From positions 1 to 64,000 of the forward strand of contig CBFFRQ010000026.1 of NCBI GenBank assembly GCA_965644315.1: a DNA stretch of 64,000 bases. Direction: 5' to 3'. Position numbers and translations under genes: made by a program. The DNA comes from Caecitellus pseudoparvulus (Eukaryota; Protista; Bigyra: Bicosoecida). Every line of letters starts with the position of its first letter. The first letter of the stretch is position 1. Of the stretch, positions 1-10,600 are shown piece by piece. The notes beneath the pieces were generated by a model, which searched no databases, was not told the origin of the DNA, and saw nothing but the letters and a program-made list of their open reading frames with translations.

Positions 1-2
1 GC

Positions 3-410
3 TCTGGGCTGTACCTGGCAGATGAAAGCTCCAGCCGAGTCATGCGGGAACTTGTTACTGTTGTCGCAGTGGGGGGCAACATTGCCTTCCTCGTCCTCTG
101 CTTCGTCGGCACGGCCAAGAAGTGGTGGGACGCCACAGTTGGCCCAGCTGTCCAGGAGCGGCTGGAAGGCACGGTGTTGGGGCGCGCCAGCGACCGCCTG
201 TCCAAAGCACTGCACAAGAAGCTCAAACTGAAGCAGCTGCGTGATTTAGCTGCAAACAAGGCGATACCAAGCCCCAACCCTGTGTTCAGCCACGCTGCCA
301 AGCTCCCCTTCAACCCAGTGAAGGTTCAACGTGGCTCGGTGGTGGTGTATGACCGCAAGGCCAGCGCCCGCGCGCAGAAGGCGGCAGACACCAAAGTTGC
401 AGTTTCATGA
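3..410 (+). CDS. 3' end of a membrane protein gene (5'-partial, unknown function)
   Basis: Frame is open from the window start (SGLYLADESSSRVMRELVTVVAVGGNIAFLVLCFVGTAKKWW...) to TGA at 408-410. It contains one hydrophobic TM-like segment followed by a basic tail. Confidence 0.55.
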   Translation, partial: SGLYLADESSSRVMRELVTVVAVGGNIAFLVLCFVGTAKKWWDATVGPAVQERLEGTVLGRASDRLSKALHKKLKLKQLRDLAANKAIPSPNPVFSHAAKLPFNPVKVQRGSVVVYDRKASARAQKAADTKVAVS

Positions 411-698
411 GCTTCATTCTGATACCTTGCTTTCCCCTTTGCTTGTGTGACTGCGTTCTCTCGTCGTTCGGCATTGGACGTCAAGGGAGTCTATCAATCT
501 ACTCAACTCAAACACAAAATCAATGCAACCTTTGACTTGATGGCTCACACCTAGGCTCGCTTGCTTTCCCATGTGTGCTGACAAGCCGCAAGAATAGAGA
601 AAATACACTGCGCGTATGAGGTGTGTGAGCAAGCCTCGCGTATTCATGGGCTTTTGCTTCCAAGTTGTGCTCATCTTGGGGCGAGCAGGTCAGTCAAC

Positions 699-3107
699 AT
701 GGCGGCCGTTGCGGCGGAGCACAAGCCAGGTATGTGAGCGCCAGGCAGGCAGTCTTGCGTCGCGGAACACAGCACAGAAGTCTGCATGGGACGGTTCCTC
801 CTGTTTACAGAGTCTTTGGAGGATCTGATATTAGCTGTTGAGGCGAAGCCCCATGAGTTTGACTGCTGGAGGGCGCTGCTGGCGGCCACAGACAAAGCAG
901 TGTGTGCTTCCAATTCCGCTCCGCTGTCCAACACGCCAGGAGCACGGGTGCCCCTTCACGTCGCAGGGAGACATCCAAGTGATCCGTCAATGGCACAACA
1001 GGTTCCTCAGCGCCTACCCGCTTTGCTATGGGTACTGGAACAAAGTGCGTGGCGAGCGCACGGTGCAGTGCCAGCGCTTGCCCAGCTCACAACCGCAAGC
1101 CTGTCGCTGCAGCTTGCTGAGGCCGAGTGGAGAGAGTGCGGGGAGGACGCAGGGAAGAGGGCGTCACCAAACGAAGCTGCTAGGAAGGCCATGGAGGTGT
1201 TTGAGCGAGGTGCTGCGCCCGATGCGGCTGGGCACTGCGTGGAGCTGTGGCAGAAGTACATTGGCTGGCTGCAACGGGCCATGGCGTGGCGGCCCAGTGC
1301 CGGAGAAGGGGAAGGCGAGGGGGACGGAGTGAGCGTGGTCACCCAGGAGCACCTCCGCTCAGCCTACAGGCGCGCTGTGCAGCTGCACGCGGGCCACCCC
1401 AAGTGTGTGAGCCTGTGGACTGCGTGGGCGGCGTGGGAGGCTGGGCTGCCAAGGGAGGCGCAGGGCAGCCCCCATGCGGCGGGGGCGGTGTTTGCAGCGG
1501 CCTTGGCGGTGGCGATGCCGTACGTTGATGACGTGTGGGCGGCGTTCGTGGCGTTTGCGAGAGACCGTTCGCCAGCCGAGCTGGCCGTGTCAGCAGAGGA
1601 GCTGCAGGAGGTGCAGGCGGCAGCCGACGCCGAGGCGACTGCTGCTGCTGCGAAGACAGCTGCAGCCGCAGCGGGGGAGGAGGGAGCGGAGGACTTGCCG
1701 CCGGGCGATGCAGTGGCGGCGTCGGCGTCGCCTGAGGCCGTCAAGGCGGCGCTGCTGGCTCGGCGGGCCGAGGCGCGGCAGGCGGCCCTGGTGTCCTGTG
1801 CCTGGCGTGTGGCGCATGAAGCCGGGCTGAAGGGTTCCCGGGGGTACTTCCACTTCAAGCCGGTGCCTGAAAAGACCCTGGCGGCGTGGCGGGCGTTTCT
1901 GGCTGCTGCACAGGCAGCTGAGGGCACAGCGCACGGCCCGTCACAGGACACAGTGGACGCCCTGTTTAGGCGGTGCCTCGTCATCACAGCGGCATACCCT
2001 GAGTTTTGGGGTATGTACGCGGCGTTCCTCGCCGAGAGTCCAGCTGGTGGCAACGCTGCTGCCGTGTCAGTGCTGCAGGCTGCCGCCTCCGTGCACTGCC
2101 CAGGCTCCCACGAGGTGGCTCTGGCACTGTCCCTGTACAGTGAGGCGGTGGCCGCCACTACTAAAGGCGGCCAGGCGGCAGTGCAGGCAGGGCTTGCGCC
2201 TCTGGACGCATTCGTCGCGCGGGGCGCTGACGAGCAGGCGCGGGCATGCCGGTCCGGCCTATTCCCCATTCTGCAGCGCCGGGCGACGCTGCTCCTGCGC
2301 AGGGGCGACGCGGAGCAGGCGCTGCAGCCGCTGGACGCTGCCATGCAGGCGGCGCGGCAGACGGTGCTGTCCCTGGCGACAGACGCCGAGGCGCCGGCGG
2401 TGAACCCTGCCAAGGTGGCCCAGGCAGCTGCCGACCTGCAGTTCCTGCATTTGCTGCGCGCACGGCTGGCCGTGTCAGCGGCGCCCCCTGGCAGTGTAGT
2501 GTCCACCACAGCCGCTGTCAGGCTGGTGGAGGCGCTGTGCAGCAGTGAGGTGACGGCGAGCCTGGCCCACGCCGAGGCGGCAGTGGCGCTGACACGCGCT
2601 GCGGCGGGGGGGAGGGTGCTGGCTGGCGCGGCTGTTTACGGCCACCTGCTGGGGCACACGGGGCCTAGTGAGAGCTCCGCTGCCCCGAGCAGCGCTGGGA
2701 GTGGCGGCGGCGGGGATCAGGGAGAGGGGGAGCATGCCGAGGCGGGGTGCGCTGGCACCGAGTCGCAGCCAGGACCACTGCCCGGCTTGAGCAAGGGTGA
2801 TGCGAGCGTGCTGTGGTCGCGGTACTTGGATGCCCTGCAAGTCGGCGGGGCTGACGCCGCAACTGTACTCAGTGCAGCGGCCGCCAGTCGGCGGTGGGAG
2901 CAGCTCAGCGGGTGCCGCGTTGGCGGCGGCGAGCCAGAGGCGCTGCAGCCCACGCTGCAACAAGGCAGCTCAACACTACCGAGAGACCAGGAGGGGCGCC
3001 CTATGTACGGCAGCGGGCGTGTAGGCGGCCACAAGCGCAGGAGTGGCGACGCGTTTGGGCGGGGTGGCCCGGGAGGCGGGCGGTCAGGCAACAAGCGCCC
3101 GCGTTGA
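699..3107 (+). CDS. PRPF39: Pre-mRNA processing factor 39 (U1 snRNP HAT-repeat protein), 4 exons: 699-729, 811-899, 967-1044, 1113-3107
   Basis: The spliced product contains the PRP39 hallmarks RFLSAYPLCYGYWNK, CVELWQKYI, YFHFKP..LAAWRAFL and LFRRCLVITAAYPEFW. Three GT-AG introns (730-810, 900-966, 1045-1112) restore one continuous frame. Confidence 0.88.
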
Positions 3108-3260
3108 CGCGCAAATCGGCCGGCACATCAAATTCAAACATTACACAACAAGACCACGACGATGTACTTAGAACTGGTACACTTTCCTGCTCGCATTGAA
3201 CCCGCTCTCGGCCTGCTGCTGCTTGGCGTGGCAGGAGCTAGGCTCGCGAGCGTTTCAGCC

Positions 3261-4637
3261 ATGGCTGCCGCATCGGCGCACACAGTGATCGACGGCGCGT
3301 ATGGCGAGGGAGGGGGGCAGATCTTGCGCAATTCCACAGCATACAGCATGATGTACGACGTGCCGGTGCGCATCGAGAACATCCGGGCCAACCGGCCCAA
3401 GGGCGGCGGCCTGCGCCCTCAGCACGTGGCGGCCATCCGCACAGTGGCGAAGCTCGGGTCTGGGTCCCTGGAGGGGGACGAGCCACTGAGCAAAGTGGTG
3501 AACATCCAACCAGGGCAACTCATGACATCAGGGGAGGTGGTGGCCGACCCTGGCACGGCGGGCAGCACCATGCTGCTGGCCCAGGCCGTCCTGCCTGTGA
3601 TGGTGTCTGGCGCCTGCAAAGCCAGCATTGGGCAGGCTCCCAACGAGGAGGGGCGTGTGTCCCTGGGCTCTGGCGCGTCACGGGCTGGGGTGCAGGTCAC
3701 CCTCCGCGGCGGCACGTCGCAGACCATGGCGCCCCTCGTGGAGTTCTTCCAGCACGCACTGCTGCCCTTGGTGCGGCGTCTCACAGGCGTGAGCGTGTCT
3801 GCGGAGCTGACCCGGCGCGGGTACGTGCCCCTGGGCGGCGGGGAGGTGCTGCTGACGGTGGAGAGCCTGGCCCCGGGTCACGGCAGTGCGGCGCCTCCCA
3901 GCACCATTACCAGCCACCTCCCTGACTGGCACTTTGACCTGACTGACAGAGGCACCCGCTTGACAGACCTGACGGCCTACCTCGCCGTATCTGGGTACGG
4001 TGCCGAGGGACCGGCCTCCGCCTCCACCTCCTTGCAGGCCCTGCTGGAGGCTGCCGTGCCAGAGGCGGTGAAGCAGTACCACGCGGCGCCCTGTGCACCC
4101 CCTGCCGCCAGCGCACCCCCCACCGCCACAGTGCAGCTGTGCACCCCCACGGCTGGGGAGGGCGTGACGAAGGGGCAGGGGCTGTCTCTGGTCCTGGTCG
4201 CACGGGACGACGTGGGGAACGTCTGGACGGGGAGCGGGGTGGTGGCCCGCTCAGGCAAGGGCGGCAGGGGACGCAAGGGGCGTGGCAAGGCGGCTGGATC
4301 GGCACACCCGTCAGCAGCCACGCTGGCATCAGCGCTGGAGGAAGCACTGGGCACGGTGTGGCCACAGGCGTGTGCGGCGCTGCAGGAAGAGCTGCGCCTG
4401 GGCGGCTGCGTGGACAGCTACCTGCTGGACCAACTCATCGTCTTTGCGGCCATGACGACGTGTGCCGAGCCGCTGCAGCTGCGCGTGGGGCATGTGGGGT
4501 CGCTGTCTGACCACACGCGGTCGGCAGTGTACGTGGCCAATACGCTGACGCCTCACCGGCAGCTGGAGATCACGACGCGGGGTGAGGGTGACGAGGAAGA
4601 GGTGTTCATTGTCAGTTCTCGCCTGCCAGACGCGTGA
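3261..4637 (+). CDS. RTCA: RNA 3'-terminal phosphate cyclase (RtcA/RTCA)
   Basis: Motifs IDGAYGEGGGQILR, IRANRPKGGGLRPQH, TAGSTMLLAQ, RRGYVPLGGGEV and VDSYLLDQLI are present, and the catalytic-position His is retained in SDHTRSA. ATG at 3261 is preferred over the ORF-track start at 3162. Confidence 0.92.
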   Translation: MAAASAHTVIDGAYGEGGGQILRNSTAYSMMYDVPVRIENIRANRPKGGGLRPQHVAAIRTVAKLGSGSLEGDEPLSKVVNIQPGQLMTSGEVVADPGTAGSTMLLAQAVLPVMVSGACKASIGQAPNEEGRVSLGSGASRAGVQVTLRGGTSQTMAPLVEFFQHALLPLVRRLTGVSVSAELTRRGYVPLGGGEVLLTVESLAPGHGSAAPPSTITSHLPDWHFDLTDRGTRLTDLTAYLAVSGYGAEGPASASTSLQALLEAAVPEAVKQYHAAPCAPPAASAPPTATVQLCTPTAGEGVTKGQGLSLVLVARDDVGNVWTGSGVVARSGKGGRGRKGRGKAAGSAHPSAATLASALEEALGTVWPQACAALQEELRLGGCVDSYLLDQLIVFAAMTTCAEPLQLRVGHVGSLSDHTRSAVYVANTLTPHRQLEITTRGEGDEEEVFIVSSRLPDA

Positions 4638-4667
4638 GCAATGCAGGGCCAAGCGAAGCACGCCGCC

Positions 4668-7600
4668 TCACTTCCGCCGCCCACGCACGGGGCTGGGGCG
4701 CACACCCCCCAGCCCTGCCACGCTCAGGCCCAGCGAACCGCCCCCCACTGCCAGGGGCCCACCGCTGCCTGCCGCAGCTGCCATGGCGGCGGGGTGTCCC
4801 AACGGCGTGCCGGCTGCTCCAGTGGGCGTGGCGGGCGCCGCCTCCCCTGCCCGCTGCCCCACGTACATGATCTGCCGCCGCCGCGTCCCTCGCGCCACGC
4901 CAGGCAGGTGCAGGGGGCCCAAGCCTCGCCGGGCAGCCAGGGTGGAGGGTGGCTGCTGGGCCACGAGGAGCGGTGCTCGTGTCCCCCCTTCCACAGACAC
5001 GGGTGCAGCTGTTCCAGCGACGGAGGCGACCAGCGGTCCACCCCCCTCAGGCGTGTTCCGACCCTGGGAGAGGTGGAAGGAGCCGTGGCTGTCCAGGGAG
5101 CGACTGGCCAGGCCGGACAGGGTGCCGCCTCCCGCACGGTGGCCGGTCAGGGACACGGCCCGCGCTGGGGAGGGGGACAGGCCGGCGCCGCCGCTGGAGC
5201 CGGCTGACACCAGCAGCTCTCGCGCGCGCTCGACGGCCTGTGGCGAGGCCTGCACAGCATTGCCACTGTCTGCGCCTGCCGCACCGTCCCACTCGACATC
5301 CTCGTCACCGCTCTCTTCCACCAGCAGCTCCGTGCGGCGCCGCACTTGGGGCTGCAGGTCGTGGATGACACGTTCCTTGCGTGGGGGGGGCTGCCGCTCC
5401 CGAGGGGCACGACCGGCCCTGTGCCTGGTGGCTTGGCCGCCCGTCTGAGCGGGGCTGCGGGGGAGGGCATGTGGCGCCGGGGCAGCGCCGCCGGGGGGCA
5501 CTGTGCCTTTCCCTGGCGCGGGGCTTGGCGCAGGGGATGTGCCGTGGTCAGAGCCGCTGCGCCCAGACGGTGAGGTGGTGGCAGGGGTGGGGGGGCTGCC
5601 ACGGCCCGCATGGGGCGCTGCTTGGTCCTCTGTGGCTGTCGGGGAGGCTGCCTTGCGTGGCCGCTCGGGGGGCTGGGCAGTTCTCTGGCTCGGCACTGCG
5701 CGTTTGTGTTTGGGGGAGGCGCGGTGTGAGGTGAGGGTGCTGCCCCATCGCGTGGGGGAGGCGATGTGCGATGCCCGGCCCGACAGGTCCACTGTGCCGT
5801 CCCGGACAGGGGCGGTGCGGGATATGGGCCCAGGCGTCACGCCATGCGCCGCAGGGGTCGCGTCGAAGCGGATCTCATCCCCGTCGGTCGGCGACTCGCC
5901 AGGGCTGCCGCCCCCCCCCTCCACGGCGCTCACGAAGCTGCCAGTGTGCAGTGGGGGGGGTCTGCGGTCTCCGCCTGGGACCCCCCCTGCGCCCGTCGAG
6001 GAGGGGGGCGCGTGGCGTTGGAGTCTTCCTGCGTGGGGGGGCGTCTCCCCCCCCTCGAACTCACTGAAAGCGGCGCTTGGGTCCACTGATCCCCCGTCGC
6101 CCCCCTCCTTCGCCTTGCCTGGCTGGGCCCGAGCGTGGCGTGTGCCCGTGTTCACGACAGGGCTGCCCTTGACCACACTGTCGCCGGGTCCCTGGCCCAG
6201 GGGGGACAGTGACCGCGTACTAGCGGATAGATGGTGGGTGGGCACTTCCTCCTCTTCTTCCCGCTCACCGCCACCTCCGCCGCCGCCGCCGCCGCCTCGC
6301 ATTGGAGCCCGGGCTTCAACCGCAGACACGGTGTCTGAGCGCTGTGCAGCGCGGGGCGGGCCCTGGTGCAGCTGCTGGTGCACCAGCTCAGACGATGCGT
6401 CGCCGTCCGACAGCACTGCCATGGTGCCAGCCTCCGCATCCCCTCCCGGCACCTCTTCCTCTGTGTGGCTGTCGCTGAGGGTGAAGCCGCCCCTCCCGCG
6501 CAGGGCGGGGGAGAGGGCGGAGGAGAACGTCCCGCTCTCCAGCCCACCGCCCCCGCCCCCGACCTCTGCGCCGGACACCGCCCCCCCCCCTCCTCGGCGT
6601 CCACCCAGAGTGCGGGACCGCGAGGGCTGGGTGGGACCTCCCCCCGACCCCTGCATGGTGTCTTCGTACCCGACACTGGACGCTCCACGTCCACGCCGTG
6701 GTGGCGCCACGGACTGCGCCTCGACACGGGGTGACAGCGCGTGGCGGGGGGAGTCCTCCGTGTATGCCCGGCGCAGGGCCTGAGGCAACTCTGCCGTGCC
6801 CCCTTGGTCCGAGCTACTGGGATCTGCTGAGAGGGGCACCAGCTCTGCCTGGCGCAGGGTGGCGTTCTCCCGGCGCAGGCGCTCCACCTCTGCCGCCAGG
6901 TGCTCTGCCAGCTGTCGGGCAGCGACGATTTCCGTGGCCTGACTGTCCTCCGGCCAGGGCATGCCGGGTGGCCCCGGCGGTGGCCCGTCACCTCCAGGCA
7001 AGCCTGCCTGCGCTTGAGACTGGGCGGCAGCGGAGAGAGTCACGGTGGCGCTGGGTGCCACCGCGCCCCGCACCGGCTCTGCGGGGGGGGATGCGGCCCT
7101 TGGGCGTGACGGAGGGCGGCGGGGGGGCGGACCCGGCACCACCTTGCCGGAGGAGGAGGAACCCGGGCGTAGGGGAGATGCAGGGGGCACGCCGCCCCCC
7201 CTCCCTTCGCGGGTGCCACCGCCCCGCGCGGACACGCCCGCCACCCCGAACGATATGTCCACCATGGCAGTCTCGGGGCCGACGCCCAGAGACGGCGGCC
7301 CTGCGTGGCCTGGGGCGAGAGCGGGCACGCGCTGGTCAGGCTCGCCACGCTGCGCGGCGCTGTGGTGGCTGGGGCGCTTGGGCGCCTCGGCCGGAGTGGA
7401 CCGTGCCGCGGCGGGGGAGGTGGTGCGGGAGGGGCGCCGCGGCACATCTCTGCCACGGCCTCGGCTGCCCCCCACTGCGTCTGCCGCCGCGTGTGGCGTG
7501 CTGCGACCACGCCCCCCCTCACGTCGCCCGACACCCCCCCCTGCCGCCGCCGCGGCCGCCTCAGCAGCATCGGCACGGGCCACCGCCTCCACCAACTGCG

Positions 7601-10600
7601 CCTGCATGTCCGCCCGCTCAGCGTCCAGGCCCGCCTCAGCGGCTGCCGCTCGTTCTTCAGCCTGTGCCAGGGCCTGTGCAGCTTGCGCCAGCTCACGAGC
7701 CGTGTGGGCCGCTGCGGCGGTGGCGGCGGCCAAGCTGGCGTGCAGCTGGTGCAGCTCCTCCACCCGCACGAAGGTGACACTGTGTGCCTCGTGCACAGTG
7801 CGAGGGCCGGCGGTGGGAGAGGCAGGTGGTGAACTGCCACCCCCTGTCTCCTCCGCCCCCTCCCCGTCCTCCAGGCTCTGGCGCTGCGGCAGCAGCAGGA
7901 TGCGCTGCAGGGAGGTGAACAGGGACAGCTCTGTGGCGGGGGCGTCCCCACTGGCCTCTGTGGAGGAGTGGGACACGCTGCGGTGTGGGGTGCGGGACAG
8001 GCCCTGAGGGGAGGCGGGTTCGTCCCCCGTTGCCGCCCGCACACTGCGCAGGACGTCGGTGTACACCTCCTCCGCGGGAGCCTGCAGCAGGACGCCTGTG
8101 CGCCGCGCTGCCAGCTCCCGCACCACCCCTGTCAGCACCTGCACCAGCTCCAGCGCCGTCAGGGCCGGCAGCATGTCAGCAATCGTCTGCACTTCGCTGC
8201 GGTCAGCCGTGGGCAGGAGGTCTGGGCCCGTCAGGCGCTTGGGCGAGGCGGGGGCACCCTTGCCCTTGCTGGGCAAGGCGGTCCACTGGGCCTGCTCTGG
8301 CGGGGCGTACTCGCGCACGAGTGCCAGGGGGGGAGCCGGGCGCAGGGAGGGTGTGGCGGTGCGCAGGGCGGACAAGAAGGCCGCCTTGCTCTGGCCCGTG
8401 GCGTGGCTGGGCGTGCCGGAGTCACTCCCGCCCTGCGCTGCTGTCGCAGAGACGTCTGACCCCGGCACACCCGACGCGAAGCGGTCTGCCGTGAACAGCA
8501 CCTCTTGCGCCACACGCAGGGGTGCCACACCCGCCCCCCCCGCATCCTGCATCACCGACGCCAGGCCGCCCACCCACGCGAACCGCCCAGCGGAGCCAGT
8601 GCCGATCCAAGCCTCCACTTGGGCGCCAGCTGCGAACAAGCCCTCCATGGTGTCCAGCAGCGCGTCCCCATGCTGGGCCAGGCTGGGGGCTCGGTGGTGA
8701 ACGGGGAGGCGCCAGGCCTGGTCAGGGGCTCTGGACGCGGACGGTGACGTGGCAGGGGCCGTGGACACCACCAAGCCCGCCCCTGGCTCTGCGCTGGCGG
8801 CGGGGTCCGCTCCGGCGCCCTCTTCAATCGGCTTGTCCGTGATGCTGGGCGGCAGGTAGGCGAGGGCGGCCTCCAGGCGGGCCACCAGCGCAGGCGGCAC
8901 CTGGCCAGGGGCCTTGCCCTTGTCTCTGCGCTTGCCATGACTGGCGCCAGAGGGCGTGCGGCTGCCGCCAGACTGCGACCTGTCGCCGTACACGGCGGGG
9001 GGCAGCAGCAGGCTGGCAGCGGGGGGCGGTGTGTGGTCCCCTGCGCCCCTGCGGCTGGGGCTCAGCACTGCCCACGCCAGCTCAGCCTGGCTCTTACGGC
9101 CGGTGAGCAGCCCACGACGAAAGGTCGTGGGCACGACCACGGCAGGCGACAGCGCCAGCGTGGCCCCGTCCCCTCCCAGGACACGCCCGCCGGCGTGGCT
9201 GGCCAGGGCCGGGCGCATGGCCAGGCGGGCACGGGCGGTGTTCCGTTCCTGTTCCGACTCAGACCGGGCCAGCAGGGCCCGAACAGAGGCCGCGTCCAGC
9301 AGCACCGTGTCCAGCCCCAGCGCCATGCGCAGCATGCTGGCGCGCTGGGAGCTGCCCAGCAGGGGCACGATGACAGGTAGCGCGACCCCTGGATCGGACG
9401 CCGCATGCAGCAGCGCCGTGAGCAGTGTCCGCTCGTCCTCCTCCAGAGCCGCCTGCGCCCGCCGCACTGCACCCTCGGCGTGCTCCAGCGCAGACGGCGC
9501 CTGCGCAGCGACCTTGGGGGTGTGGCCCATGGCGCCGATGGCCTTGCGAGCCTGGCGCCGTTGGCGGCGTGTCAGTTCCAAGCCGGTGGGGGACTTGGTG
9601 GGGGGCTGTGCGGCGGCGGCGGCCTTGGCAGCTGCCACTGCGTTCTTGAGGTCGTCACGGCGGTGTGCGGTGCGTTCCTGGAACACTGTGCGGAACACCT
9701 GCGCCAGGTGCGTCGTGTTGATGTCGTGCCGCGCAGTGAGCGTCTGCTGCACCACATCGGTGGCGAAGGCGGCGTTCGTGAGGGTGGGGCGCAGCATCAG
9801 GTCCCGCACCAGGGCCTGGTTCACCACGGGCGGCAGAATGGCCCGCAGCGTGGACACGAAGCGCAGCTGGCGGCCAGTGGGTGCTGCAAGGCCGCTCCAG
9901 CGCACCCCCCACCCCGACGCAGCGGCTGGCGTGAAGGTGGGATCCACCTCTGTCGCTGCCTCCGCCAGACGATCCGCATGCTGGGCCGAGCTGCCCCCCC
10001 CCGCCTCGTCCTCCTCCTCGCCGTCCGGGGCACCCGTGGCCGCCTGGCGCCGCACTTCCCTGGACCCCACCGCTAGCATGACCTCGTGCGGCGTGCGCTG
10101 CACTGCCCACACCGCCCGTCGGCGCTCACGCAGCCTATGGCGCACCTCCTGCACTCGGGCGGCCGTGCCGTCCGCCGCCGCCTGTGCCCGCGCCGCCAGG
10201 ACATCTGCCACTGCCCGCTGCACCTCTGCAGAGGCGTCGGCCCCCACGGCATCCGCCTCAGCCTCGCCGCTGGCCCCCGCCGCCTCGGCACGCAGGGCGC
10301 TGGCCTGCCGCTCGTACACGCCTGCCAGCAGCTCCTCCCACTCCTGCAGCAAGTACCCCAGCAGGGCCCACGGCGTGTCGCCCCCCCGCTCCACGCAGCT
10401 GCCCTGGCCCGAGCTGGTCTGACTCAGCTCCACCGCTTCCACCTCCCCCAGCGGGGCCGTACCCTGCATGGCTGTGAAGGCGGGTGCGGTGGGGGAGGGC
10501 GTCGTCAGGCGGGCCCCCAGGCCCCGAGGGCCCAGGTACGCCTGGCCAGGCGCCGTGACGTGTGTCCACAGGTGGTTCTGCCAGGGCGTGTGCTGGGCTG

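Noticed and set aside
3261-4637. RtcA as part of a bacterial rtc RNA-repair operon or HGT
   Set aside because: No RtcB/RtcR nearby, the neighbours are spliced eukaryotic genes, and RTCA is a normal eukaryotic gene.
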